Assembly (NCBI RefSeq): GCF_006345805.1
Contig: NC_043003.1
Span: 51,956,001-52,020,000, forward strand
Length of the DNA stretch: 64,000 bases
Source: Octopus sinensis
Taxonomy: Eukaryota
Direction of reading: 5' to 3'
The notes under the pieces were generated by a model. The model saw only the letters and a list, made by a program, of their open reading frames with translations, ran no database searches and had not been told where the DNA came from. Every line of letters starts with the position of its first letter. Position 1 is the first letter of the stretch. Shown here piece after piece: positions 39,051 to 51,164 of the stretch. Position numbers and translations under genes: made by a program.

Positions 39051-40291
39051 GGAAACCCCAGTACTGGGCAAATAAGCTCTAGTACGCCTAAGGTTAGTGC
39101 TACTAACCATTTGCTCCCACCGGTCATGCTTCGGTATATAGAATACAGCAAATAATATGTTCACTGATTGCTTTCCCAATACAAGTAAATTTGTTAATCA
39201 CTGTTTTCTGAGATTTTCTCTCAGACAAAAACCACAGCATTGTGTCTTTTTGATAAACAGATAGTGGTATCATTTCAGTGTTGTTTCGGTGGTGTTCCCT
39301 GATTTTTTAAAGCAGCCTCTCCGAATCCTAGGTATTTTTTGTCTTATTGGCATCAAATTCAAGTTATATTAATCCCCATCGACCTCAACAGCAATGAGAT
39401 AAGTCTGCAAATGAAGTGCTTTGAGCACTTGGCCTCTTTCTCGAGCAATTGGAAAAAGAATAATTTTTCAGTAGAAATGCGTTTATTGCAATCTAGAAGT
39501 ACGGAAACTCTGTAAATTCGAAACTCCTATGATGTAATCGAGGATTGAATAAATGATGCAATGAAGAGAGGCATAACAGAGAATGGTAGAGGGGACAATG
39601 TTAATTTTAAAGACCACAACACTATCATATTGTTCCTCTTAAATTAACAGAAACCGTTATTTTCTCTGGATGAATGGATGAATGGATGGATGGATGGATC
39701 GATCGATCTCATTTTGTGAAACAATAACTTTGAGTCGACTATGATTTGTGAATGAAAGCTGTGCAGAAAATCCTATGTATTCTTGCATCGTGGGCTTAAA
39801 CCGTCGTCCAGTTTAACATCACCGCCATCTTCCCCTTGAGTTCACCCCTTGGCAAACATCAGGAGCAGAACTCTGGTCTGAGAATATCAACGATAACTAT
39901 CCTTTTCCTCCACATCAATTTCAGAGTTTCGGTAAAAGTCAAGGGCGCTGAATTTTCTTCCCAGGAAAATGTATTCCAACATAGATAAAACTATACAGAC
40001 TGACACGGTATTTTGATAGTTTTCCTGATACTCACTTCATACTCTACATTTAAAATTCTCATCTAGTTTCTCGTATCCACAATCGGGTATCGTGTAACGA
40101 TGATAAAACCTTCACTTTCTGATTTTAGACCAGAACTGTTGCGTGAAGGTTAGCATTTGCATAACTTAATGACAGTATATTCCCCGTCTCCCTTTAAGTC
40201 TAACCTCAAAAGGTATATGTTGCTATCTTTGTATTAGCTTATCATTCAGCTCTATTCTTATATTTTAGTATCTTTTTATATTATAGATTTT

Positions 40292-40331
<40 letters not shown>

Positions 40332-40379
40332 ACGAAAAAACCGACTGTAATCAGGTCTAGAGAAAGATGAGGTTGACAT

Positions 40380-41450
40380 ACCTAATACACGCCGTTTTGT
40401 CACAACAGCACCCCTACGACTCTACCAGAAGTCGTGGGGCCAACACATGACAATACTTTGGGTATATATTGACTCTAATATGACTGAAACATGTCCGGAG
40501 TTGTCACTTTAATACGATGCAAGAAGTAAAACAACGTTAGTCACGTACTAATATTGCTTTTACTTCACCACATAATCATTTCCTGGTAGATTTTAATGCT
40601 TCCGGCATTAAACATGTTAACACTGCCTTATCTTTGATTGTTTGGTTGACTCTCTTCGTTTTGTTTGACTACGTTTTCAACTGCTGTGAAGTTTTTAAAT
40701 GTTTCTTCATATTTCATTTGCTGGATTTGTAAACCTTTACCTGCCTTAATTTTGTTAGTCGTTGTTAGTTTATATTGGTTTTAATTTAAGAGGAATTTCT
40801 CTCAGCTCTTTTATGTTCTTGTAAATATATTCCCTGAATTCTTCGATTGTTTTTCTTTGCGTCTCTAATTGGTTTTCATCCCTAACACAGAGGGATGGCT
40901 TACAATAATTGTAGTTTCTTCCAGGTGGGCTTAGGATATCTATTATGGGTGTCAGTACCAGTTAAAATGTTGAAGTGGTGGGTGATTCGCATTGTGAAAC
41001 GTTACTCCTTTTAAGGGAATCAGCATTTGTTATCTTGCTTTATCATTTTAACTACATTCCTATTTTCCCCTCTCGTGCCCTTTTCTTGCTATAAATCTTT
41101 AATACTGGAACTACTTTATCAATATGACGTATCTTCAGTTTCTAAAAGAGTGATGTGCTTTATATTTTGTGATATTCTTCCAGTATCACTGTTGATGCAT
41201 TCCACTATTATTCTTATTCCTTTTGTTTTTCTAGTATGATACTTTATTTTCACTGACGGTTTCCCTTATCTCTCTCTCTCGAGTATTCCCTTATTTCTTC
41301 TTCAAAGCTTTTCCGTCAGCTTGTATTTTTTCTTTCTATATTATTTGATTTCCAATACAGTGATTTAGGATATCTTGAAAGTAGTATATTACGTCTAAAG
41401 ACGTTCGTTCGTATATTTTAGTCCAATGACTGCGCTCTGACTTCGCTAAA
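40380..41450 (-). mobile_element. Possible highly decayed Penelope-like ORF
   Basis: A-rich minus-strand pseudo-ORF with fragments such as GVTFHNANHP and LLSRYPKSL resembling the PLE linker; not secure. Confidence 0.3.
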
Positions 41451-41482
41451 ACAACCTTCTGAAACTTCTATATTTTTAAATA

Positions 41483-41555
<73 letters not shown>

Positions 41556-41776
41556 GTCTTTCTTTCATACAAATTCCTTTCTTTCACTCTCTCTCTTTTT
41601 CTCTCTTTTATATATATATAAAAGAGAGAAAAAGAGAGTGTGTTTGTATGTGTTTGTGTGTGAGTGTGTGAATATGCCCATATGTGTGTGTACACACACA
41701 CACACACACACACACAGACACACATATATATATATATATATATAATTTAGGTATAAGTCAATTCGTGTGTTTAGAG

Positions 41777-42178
41777 GGCGGGGAGCTGGCAGAAGCGTTA
41801 GCATGCCGGGCGAAATGCTTAGCTGTATTTCGTCTGCTTTTACGTTCTGAGTTCAAATTCCGCCGAGGTCGTCTTTGCTTTTCATTCTTTCGGGGTCGAT
41901 AAATTATGTACCAGTTACGCACTGGGGTCGATATAATCGACTTAATCCGTCTGTCTGTCCTTGTTTGTCTCCTCTGTGTTTAGCCCCTTGTGGGTAGTAA
42001 AGAAATAGGTATTTCGGTTGCCGTTACGTTCTGAGTTCAAATTCCGCCGAGGTCGACTTTGCCTTTCATCGTTTCGGGGTCGATAAATTAAGTACCAGAT
42101 ACGTACTGAGGTCGATGTAATCGACTTAATCCCTTTGTCTGTCCTTATTTGTCCCCTCTATGTTTAGCCCCCTGTGGG
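41777..42178 (+). mobile_element. Tandem dimer of SINE family A (second unit lacks the head)
   Basis: GGCGGGGAGCTGGCAGAAGCG head; core GAGTTCAAATTCCGCCGAGGTCG repeated at ~41850 and ~42033. Confidence 0.9.
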
Positions 42179-42479
42179 CAATCGACAAATACCTGTTGTC
42201 GTCCGCAGACTGATGTGTCGAAACATATGTTGTACACAATTAAGGTTTAATATTGAATTCATCTCCTGTTAATTAACATTATATATACATATATATACAC
42301 ACATACACACTCATATTTAAGTACGTTAGACACACACACACACATTGATGTACCACAGAGTACAATCTTGTGTTGAATCAGAGCTGTTGAAATTTTCCCA
42401 GTGAGCAAGGTTATTCAGTACTTGGTTACGTCACCAAGCATACTCTATAGGGGACAATTTTCACTTATTAATGTTACTC

Positions 42480-43190
42480 TATTCACACCGTCTAGTACCG
42501 GTCGTGGATAGAAACTAAACATACACCGCTTTCTGAAAGAATCGCAAACTCGCTGGTTCCATTTTCCACTACATTTTCAGTTCTCTCTCTCACTCTCTCT
42601 CATACTTGGCTGTAAATATTGGTTTTCTAACCATTAATCTTTTTGCTATACGCTACTCCTCTTCAAAGTGGCGAATTTCCGTGGTCACAATATCCTGCTG
42701 CCTTTGTTATTCTGTCAACGTATCAATTTGATCCATGTCTATCCTGCCCTCCAACCCATGTTATCTGTACTTTATTTATAACTGTTCATTTCCATGGTGG
42801 GTTTTCTTTTTCCTCAACAGTTTTTTCTCACGCTCCATTAGCTGATTCATATAAACAATGACCTCACTAGAATCCTGTAGCATCATACGGCAAAGGAGTT
42901 TTGATATTAAAATCCTCTTCCGGGTGATGTTGAAGTGTTTGTGCGAGAGCACTAATGCAAACCATCTTTCGCAAAGCTTACTTAGTAGGACACGAAGCCG
43001 CTTTTGTAGGAACCTACTGGCACACATTTCTCTTCTTTCCAGTTATGTTAATGGTATTTCATACACTTGGAGAAGCCATTAGAGCATTGGTAAATGACTA
43101 TGTTAGTAACAACATGCCTTAAAGCTTTTTGTCAAGCCCCACAATACAATAGCAGCGCAACAGTTATTTCAGCTTGATCTCTGTCTTAAT
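42480..43190 (-). mobile_element. Possible RTE-type LINE 3' relic
   Basis: NQLMER and QITWVGGQDR fragments resemble RTE QRAMER and LRWAGHV.R motifs; heavily decayed. Confidence 0.35.
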
Positions 43191-43234
43191 ACTGCCTCTC
43201 TTGGCATCGTTTAGAAGTACTGAATAGATACGCG

Positions 43235-43558
43235 AAGGCGCGTGGCTTAGTGGTGTTGGTATTCAGCTCTCCCTGCCGTAAGGGCGTGAGTTCGATACCT
43301 GGCGTCTTGTTGAGCCCTTAAGCTAGACACTTTATCTCACGTTACTTCAGTCCATTCAGCTGGCAAAAATGAGTAGTACCTGCATTTCAAAGGGCCAGCC
43401 TTGTCACATTCTGTGTCACGCTGAATCACCCTAACAACCACGTTAAGGGTACGCGTGTCTGTGGAATGCTTAGCCACTACTTGCACGTTAATTTCACGAG
43501 CAAGCTGTTCTGTTGATCGGATCCACTGGAACCTTCGTCGTCGTAACCGACGGAGTGC
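43235..43558 (+). mobile_element. SINE family C, near full length
   Basis: GGCGCGTGGCTTAGTGG A-box-like, GAGTTCGATACC B-box-like, conserved core, tail CGTCGTAACCGACGGAGTGCC. Confidence 0.85.
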
Positions 43559-44039
43559 CAGATTACTTCTTCCCTGGTCCTTGGCGTCATCTCTCCTCCA
43601 ATTTTATCTAAGGACAAACTGCGATTTTCTTCTTTTGGTTTTGGTGTGCAACCGATATTGCCTGCCGTATTAGCTCATCCAAACTATATAAGAGAGATTT
43701 TCTCCTTTTTTTTAAAATTTCCAACTTGTTAGTAATGTTACACTTAAAAGCACATAATTTTGACAATACCAGATCCCTTTAGCATTCACTTTCTCCGAGC
43801 AGTTTCTTATATTTCTTAGTTCCAATTCAACAGCAAATGCGAAGAAATAGGATATATCATGATGCTTATTTCTAATACTTACCAATTGACCGTGAAATAT
43901 TTGTTAATGAACCACATGATCACTGACGCGTGTTATGCTACTTAAAGGTTTCTCTCACGTCCGTAATATCAGAAAGACAAAAGGTCTGAAGCTGTGTGTG
44001 TCAGAGCACAGGAAACTGCGTCATAAGCATTTGTTTTCA

Positions 44040-44574
44040 TACATATGTGACTGTGTGTTAGGAAGTCTGTTTACTAACCACATGATTCTGGTTCCAGTCC
44101 CACTCCGTTGAACCTTGGGCAAGTGCTTTCTGCTATAGTCCAGGGCCGGCCAAAACCTTGTGAGTGGAGTGGAATTATGGATGGAGACTGAAAGAAACCC
44201 GTCGTATATGCGGCGTGCTCCTGTAATCCAGCTACTCGGAAGCCTGGTTGGCTGGTTGGCCGGTTTGAGGACGGGAGTCCTGGTAGTCAGCCTTCTATGG
44301 CGATCGGGTGTCCGATGCTAAGCTCGGTATCAGTATGGTGCAGGAGAGGGAACTCGTCAGGATCAGGTTGTCTAGAGAGGATCGATTCGGTCCAGGGTGG
44401 AAACACAGCAGGTAAAAGAACCAAGGTTGAGCAGTAGTGGGATCATGCCTGTGAATAGTTGTCGGCTGGCAGCCTGTTCGATACAACTGAACACCAATCT
44501 TCTTTTCTTTAAGGCGGTGCCCTAGCACGGCCAGTCATACGACTGAAACATGTAAAAGAATAAGAGAATAAAAG
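44040..44574 (+). mobile_element. SINE family B head (to ~44207) and tail (from ~44508) flanking a 7SL copy
   Basis: Head ...CCTTGGGCAAGTG...GACTGAAAGAAACCCGTCGTATAT; tail TTTAAGGCGGTGCCCTAGCACGGCC...GACTGAAACATGTAAAAGA. Confidence 0.85.
44210..44506 (+). ncRNA. 7SL: 7SL (SRP) RNA copy, near full length, 5' ~10 nt missing; gene or retrocopy
   Basis: Colinear with metazoan 7SL: CCTGTAATCCAGCTACTCGG (Alu domain), CTATGGCGATCGGGTGTCCG, CAGGGTG GAAA CACAGCAGG (helix 8), CAGTAGTGGGATC.TGCCTGTGAATAG, ends TCTTTT. Confidence 0.93.
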
Positions 44575-44739
44575 TACACACACACACACACGCACACACA
44601 CACACACATACATACATACACACACACATACATATACACATATGTATATGCATATCCTTTACTTGTTTCAGTCATTATCTATATCTATATTTTTGTCAAA
44701 TTACATTGGCAATACATCATTTCCACATCAAATATATGT

Positions 44740-45100
44740 TACTCACAAATCATTTCTTGGTCTTTAGTGTATTTCCAATGAGGTGTCTGCGTATAATACT
44801 TTGAATTAAATGACATGATTGGATCTGCGGGACTGATGCCCTTACCAGCATAGACATCCTCTTTATGTTCACTTTTCTATGTTCGATAGCTTGAACATGT
44901 CTGTCGTATAAATAATAATTGTATTCCATCTGGCATGTGGCTCAAGAGGCAAAGGTCGTCTGCTCCTTCGATAGAAGGATGTTTGTATGAGTAACTCGCA
45001 AACGATCAACATGAGCCTTGTCACTTCAGAAACAGCTGCAGACAACAGAAGTCTATAGAAACAGTAAATGTCACAGGAATTAGGATTCGAGAGTAAAACC
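44740..45100 (-). mobile_element. LINE (RTE-like) RT fragment
   Basis: GADDLCLLSHMPDGIQ (RT catalytic ADD region) followed in another frame by HRKVNIKRMSML. Confidence 0.65.
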
Positions 45101-45253
45101 AAAATTAACTAAGCTACCAAGAGTAATTAATGTCTTCTCATACAAAATCCACATGTAACTCAAAGAACACCAATCTTTTATATTGCAAATCTGCGATCGA
45201 GGCTGCAGGTCGAGGATTGGTTCATAATCATTTCAAAATTATTCCTCCCCACC

Positions 45254-45475
45254 AAGGCGGTGAGCTGGCAGAAACGCTAGCACGCCAGGCGAAATGCTCA
45301 GCGGTATTTCGTCTGTCTTTATGTTCTGAGTTCAAATTCCGCCGAGGTCGACTTTGCCTTTCATCCTTTCGGGGTCAATAAATTGAGTACCAGTTGCGTA
45401 TTGGAGTCGATCTAATCGACTGGCCCCTCCCACAAATTTTGGGCATTGTGTCAAGAGTAGAAGAAAAAATTCCTC
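45254..45475 (+). mobile_element. SINE family A, full length
   Basis: AAGGCGGTGAGCTGGCAGAAACGCTAGCACGCC head through GGCATTGTGTCAAGAGTAGAAGAA tail. Confidence 0.9.
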
Positions 45476-45479
45476 CTGC

Positions 45480-45895
45480 CTTCTCTCCCTCCTCCTCCAC
45501 CTCCTCCTCCCTTCTTTCTCCTCCTTCTCCCCTTCTCGTTCACATCCCTCTCCACTTTCTCCTCTTCTTCATCCTCTTTTTCTTCACCTTCATCCTCTTC
45601 GTCCTCAACTGCGTCCTCTTCTTCGTCCTCTTCTCCATCCTCGTCTTCATCCACTTCTTCATCCTCCTCTTAGTCGTCGTCTTCATCCTCCTCTTTATCC
45701 GCTACTTCTACATCTTCTACACCCGCCTCTTCGTCCTCTTCTGCCTCCTCTTCGCTCCTTCTTTATTCTCCTCTTCTTCACCTCCTTCCTCCACTTCGTC
45801 CTTTTTTTCATCCCTCACTTCATCCACCTCTTCGTCCACCCTTTCCTCCTCCTCTTCATCATCCTCTTCATTCACTTCACCACCACCGCCACCAC
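45480..45895. repeat. (TCC/TTC)n pyrimidine low-complexity tract
   Basis: Direct reading; explains ORFs 45394-46071 and 45451-45654. Confidence 0.9.
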
Positions 45896-46394
45896 CGTTG
45901 CTGGCGATTGCGCAACCAAAAATTTTAGGTCCTATAAGGCTTGCACAACACTTCACAGACCCCCTATCCAACCGATATAATCCAGAGACAGACCACGGCA
46001 AGCAAAATATCCCCAGAATGTTCAATGCCATACCCTGCATATCTGGTTTTATATCAGTGACCGTCTCCTAGAGACATGCTTTAACAAAGGCCGAGATGTG
46101 CCCCACACCCAGTGGTCTTCCCACACATCAGACACCAACCCAGAATTTCTGAGGGCCTGTGATATAACTAGATAGTCGCTAAACCTACACTAAATTCACT
46201 CGTCCTTTTGACAGGTTTTGTTTTTAGTCCTGCTGAGTTTCTAGCGTCCCTCCTCATCAGTCAGGCCTATTGGGGGTGTTGGTTCAGTCGCCAACGAACT
46301 GGCCACAGAACAGGTTATACTGCATTCCATGTTACCAGTAGCATTCATGAGACACGTCATAGTAGCACTCATGAGACCTGACACATAATCCCTA

Positions 46395-46994
46395 ACAAAT
46401 ACATATATACATACATACATACATACATACATGCATGCATGCATGAATACATACATACATACATACATACATGCATGCATGCATACATACATACATACAT
46501 ACATACATACATGCATACATATATACATACATACGTACATATATAATACATACATACATATGTATGTATTATTTATAGCCTATCTGCTTCAAGATCCAAC
46601 GTTTCAAGAAAAGAATTATTTCATGTTCTCTTGGATTTTTTAGATTCTGACATCATCATCACCAACAACGCATACACGCTTTTAGTAATGCCTGCACTAA
46701 TGTGTGTGCCTGCGTGTGTCCATAGGTGAGTGTCCATGTGTGTGCGTATATGTTCATGTGTGTGTATGTGTGTTCATGTACGTTTGTGTCCATGTGTGTC
46801 CGTGTGTGTGTGTGTATGTATGTGTGTATGTGTGTGTGTCCATGTGTGTGTGTGCCCATGTGTGTGTGCCTGTGTGTGTCCATATGTGAGTGTCAATGTG
46901 TGTGTGTGTGTATGTGTCCATGTGTGTCCATGTATGTGTCCATGTGTGTGTATGTGTGTTCATATATGTTTGTGTCCATGTGTGTCCATGTGTT

Positions 46995-47040
<46 letters not shown>
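46395..47040. repeat. (CATA)n array plus (GTGTCCAT)-type complex minisatellite
   Basis: Direct reading. Confidence 0.9.
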
Positions 47041-47897
47041 TGTAGTTGTATTATTTTTCTGTAAATACGTGTAAATCCTTGGGCATTTGCCTGCTTCGAG
47101 CAAAGGCGGTACCGTAACCAATGGACTAAATGTGAGGCGTGTTCATTGCAAGTTGAAAACTATATATTTGTCTGCGTCTCGGTATTCTTTTTTCCATCAT
47201 TCCCAAGGCGCCTATTATTAAAAGGATTATTTCTGTTTTCATGCTTACATTCTACATAACTTTATTTCCATTATACCATCGTCCTGTATCTAGACTGCTC
47301 CATGTCTTTAAAAATAATTGTGGTAGAAGGCTGTATGTAAAGAATATTTTACAAGTTGTAGATAATAAAAAAAACAAAAAACGTTTCATTATTTCTTAAT
47401 GAAACGTACAAAGCGTTATTCATTGAGATTAGAATTAATAAGGGGCAATCTATAACTTTTTTGGAGCTAGTTATTGCTCTCCGCGTGCTGGAAATTTGTA
47501 AATGTTTTCGACTTTTAAGACAAGCAAAGAATACAAAAATACATGTGTGATAACTTTAACATCAAGCATAATTAAATCTCAGAATGAGATTGAAACAGTA
47601 ATCGCTCGATAATGTAAAGTATAGAAGCCATCTTATCATGGCTAACCACATTGGGGAGGGGGTGTTACTGTAGCTTTATAGCCCCAAGAGATCTTCGTCT
47701 CTAGCTGGCTTTAGACACAATATCTGTGTCCTTGGAGTATTTGCAAAGGGAGGCCATCCCTTCCTCAACATCTTTTTAAATATTCTGTCCTCTATCTTTC
47801 ACTTGTTCCAGTCTTTTGTCTGTCGCCATATTGGGACATAGCCTTGATGGGTTTAGTCGAACAAATCGACCTATCAACAAGAGGCAATTTATATATA

Positions 47898-48897
47898 CGG
47901 TAACACCTCACTTTACGAGGACACGCTTTACGAGATTCCGGGTTTAGGAGTTTTATTTTTCAAGCACAAGATCCAAATTTTAAACGAAGTGCAAAAGTTT
48001 CTACTAAAATAACAAATGCCTTCTGCGTCTTACTGAGAAATTTATAGAGAGCAAAAAAAAAAAAAAAAAAAAAACGCTTCTTTTAAGCAAACATCTTTAG
48101 ACTTGTTTTTTTAAAACAAATCAACAAGGCGTAGGAGTGGCGTGTGGTAAGTTAGCTGTAGCTTGCTTACAACCACATGATTCGGGTTCAATCCCACTGC
48201 GTGGCACCTTGGGCAAGTGTCTTCTACTATAGCCTCGGGCGACCAAAGCCTTGTGAGTGGATTTGGTAGACGGAAAACTGAAGAAGCCCGTCGTATTATA
48301 TGTATATATATATATATGTATGTGTGGGTGTGTGTGTGTGTGTGTATATGTTGGTGCGTCTGTGTTTGTCCCCCAGCATCGCTTGACAACCGATTCTCGT
48401 GTGTTTAGGTCTCCGTAACTTAGCGGTTCGGCAAAGTGACCGATAGAATAAGTACTAGGCTTACAAAGAATAAGGCCTGGGGTCGATTTGCTCGACTAGA
48501 GGTGGTGCTGCAGCATGGTCACAGTGAAATGACTGAAACAAGTAAAAGAGTAAAAGTGTAAGTCCGTCTACGAGTGCTTGTGAATCTAGGATCGCGTCTA
48601 CAAGTGATGGTGTGCGCGAGTCAAGTGCGAGTGAAAGTGATTCAGAAAACGATTATAATAATAATATAAATGATCTTGACATTCTTTTTACTTTACATAA
48701 AATATTCTTTACATTCTACTGTTGTTTTGTTGCCATTTATTTAAGATTATTATAAATTTTAGAGGTAAAATATTTTTCTGGGAGCAAATTACAATTTATA
48801 ACATTGCTACTATGGGAAATTATTGCTCTGCTTTACGAGTTTTCGCTTTACGAGCGGTTTCCGGGAACAAATTATCTCCTGTATCGAAGTATTACGG
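47898..48897. mobile_element. Probable Tc1/pogo-type MITE with an inserted SINE
   Basis: TA|CGGTAACACCTCACTTTACGAGG ... CTCCTGTATCGAAGTATTACGG|TA, weak TIRs, internal repeated CTTTACGAG at both ends. Confidence 0.5.
48127..48557 (+). mobile_element. SINE family B, full length
   Basis: Head, internal microsatellite and GAAACAAGTAAAAGAGTAAAAG tail. Confidence 0.9.
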
Positions 48898-48929
<32 letters not shown>

Positions 48930-48941
48930 ATATATGTGTGT

Positions 48942-49295
48942 AGTGTAATAAATAAAATATATGCATACATACAAACATATATGTACGTACCTACATCTAC
49001 ATGTATATATACATGCATATATAAATATATATACGTGTGTACAGGACACCACAAATAGACGTAGAACTCAACGAGAAACGAAAAAGTAAAAACAGCATGG
49101 AATGGACCATTTTTTTAACAACGAAAAAACAGAGTACAATACAACTACACAAGGAAAAATCCCCTTCATCAGCTGTCCCTAGTTCAACTCCAGCGTGTAC
49201 ACACGTATATATATTTATATATGCATGTATATATACATTTAGATGTAGGTACGTACATATGTTTGTATGTATGCATATATTTTATTTATTACACT
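48942..49295 (-). mobile_element. Fold-back element (arms 48942-49043 / 49196-49295); same family as 54087-55265
   Basis: ~100-bp near-perfect inverted arms; minus-strand CTGATGA at 49166-49172 in the spacer. Confidence 0.75.
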
Positions 49296-49365
49296 ATTGT
49301 ATGACTGAGCGCCCTCGCGTCGATTCGATTCGATTCGTTTCGTTTCTTTTCGTCTTCTCTAAGCT

Positions 49366-49418
<53 letters not shown>

Positions 49419-49544
49419 TTTTGGAGTTAGTTATTGCTCTCAACTAGTGGAAATTTCTAGATGCATCAATTTTTTTTAACAAGGAAGGAATACAAACATA
49501 CATGTGTGATAACTTTAACATCTATTTAAATTTTAAACTTTCAT

Positions 49545-49810
49545 CTTTCATCTTTTATTTGTTCCAGACAGTGGCCATGCTGGAGTACAACCTTCATGGG
49601 TTTCGGCGAATAAATCAATCTCTGTGTTTATTAGTTTTTATTTCTGAGCTTGGTTGTTATTCTCTTGTACTGAAGTTACGAGACGTGAACAAAACAACAC
49701 CAGTTGAAAAGCGGGGTACGAAGACAAAGACATGCGCGCGCATACAAACACATATGTATGACGGGCTTCCATGCAGTTTCCGTCAACCAAATTCTTTCAT
49801 AAAGCATTGA
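49545..49810 (-). mobile_element. SINE family B, degenerate 3' part
   Basis: GGCCATGCTGGAG and CAGTTTCCGTC motifs. Confidence 0.7.
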
Positions 49811-49838
49811 AAATACTGTTACGCAGTAAGATTGAAAC

Positions 49839-50610
49839 TGTTGTGGTGAGAGTCATTGACACCCCTGGCGGACTGGAGAATGGACTAGCCGAACTCTTAT
49901 AGAAAGTAGAGGCTGGTAGTAGTCGGGGGAGAACGTTTTTGGTAGTCTCGCGAGGTATGTCATGTGAACACATTGATTAAATCTCCGCTACCTAATTTAT
50001 CTACACCAGGATATAAAAGTGGCGACGAGATATTCGAAGCTTGCGTCGGACGTTTAAATTTTTTTTTTTTTTTTTGGTGCGAAACCAAAGAAAAAATGAT
50101 TTAACATGGAAGACTTGTTGGCTCGCATGGTGCAGTTGCAACAGCAACAACAACAGCAACAACAGCAACAACAGCAAATACAAAAACAACTACAACAGCA
50201 ACAACAACGATACCAACAGTTACTAGATGTAATGTTGAAGAAGTCTGAAAATACTTCAGGTTCATTCTCGTCAGACAGCGTAACAAATTCAAATGGAAAA
50301 TTTATTTATAACCCAGAAGAAGGTACTACTTTTTCTTCATATTTTAGAAAATACGAAGAAATCCTCAGAGAAAGATGTAAAAATTTGAATGACGAAAAGA
50401 AGGTGCAACTACTTTTAAGAAAGTTATCCCCAGCCGAACACGAAAAGTATTGCAGCCCCTGTTCAATACACGTTGGCAATGTTTAAATTTAGTTAAAAAG
50501 AGATGAAGATTTCGTCGCCTATGCTGGGGTCGTTGATAGAGAGTGTGAAAATTCAAATTAAATGAATTAACCCAGTTTTGTTCAAATGTCTGAAAAGATG
50601 CTGATATACG
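49839..50610 (+). mobile_element. Ty3/Gypsy LTR retrotransposon relic: putative LTR, PBS and truncated gag
   Basis: TGTTGTGG start, PBS-like TGGCGACGAG at 50020; ORF 50106-50486 FIYNPEEGTTFSSYFRKYEEIL...DEKKVQLLLRKLSPAEHEKY, then EDFVAYAGVVDRECE. LTR limits tentative. Confidence 0.75.
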
Positions 50611-50642
50611 TTCCCCTATATTAACAAAATTAAAACATTAAA

Positions 50643-50715
50643 GAGCTCATTTGGAGTTCGAACCAGGGACGTCTCGCATACAAATCGAGAATCATTACCT
50701 CTTGACCAGCGTGCC
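50643..50715 (-). pseudogene. tRNA-Pro-derived pseudo-tRNA (anticodon reads TGT)
   Basis: GGCACGCTGGTCAAGAGGTAATGATTCTCGATTTGTATGCGAGACGTCCCTGGTTCGAACTCCAAATGAGCTC is colinear with eukaryotic tRNA-Pro; acceptor, anticodon and T stems have mismatches; T-runs follow. Confidence 0.75.
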
Positions 50716-51164
50716 GCAAGCTCAAACATCCTAAATCTTTCGACTGTACACTTTCTCGATTATTATATTTTATTTATTGTTTATTTATATTGCTTTTGGG
50801 AAACAAATTCGTTATTGGATATTAGTTTCCAACAGTCACTGGTTCATTGGATATTTTTGACAGTAAGCGTGAGGAAGACAGGGATCGTTTGAGCAATTCG
50901 GACAGAACAAATACCACACATTTTTTCCATTTGAAAACACACCCCACCTTAAAAAAAATTTTTGTTTACCTCGCCAATGTTTACATCATTCATCGTCATA
51001 TATCGACGAGCAAACTCGAGAACTATATGAAGAAGAAGAAGAACTGGCACTTGACCAGGAAGATCTATGATCAAGCCGTTTTTGTTGTTTGTGTTTTAAT
51101 AGTATGTGTGTGTGTGCGTGTGAGTGTGTGTGTGTGTATGTATGTGTGTGTATGTGTATTGTTT

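Noticed and set aside
44745-44872. Exon-like stretch KSEHKEDVYAGKGISPADPIMSF... with a GTGAGT donor
   Set aside because: In frame upstream is ADDLCLLSH, an RT motif; it is a LINE relic and the acceptor lacks a pyrimidine tract.
45394-46071. 225-aa hydrophobic ORF resembling a membrane protein
   Set aside because: Composed of a SINE tail plus a (TCC/TTC)n tract.
46242-46285. Minus-strand CTGATGA...GAAAC motif
   Set aside because: No NUH triplet or coherent stem I/III.
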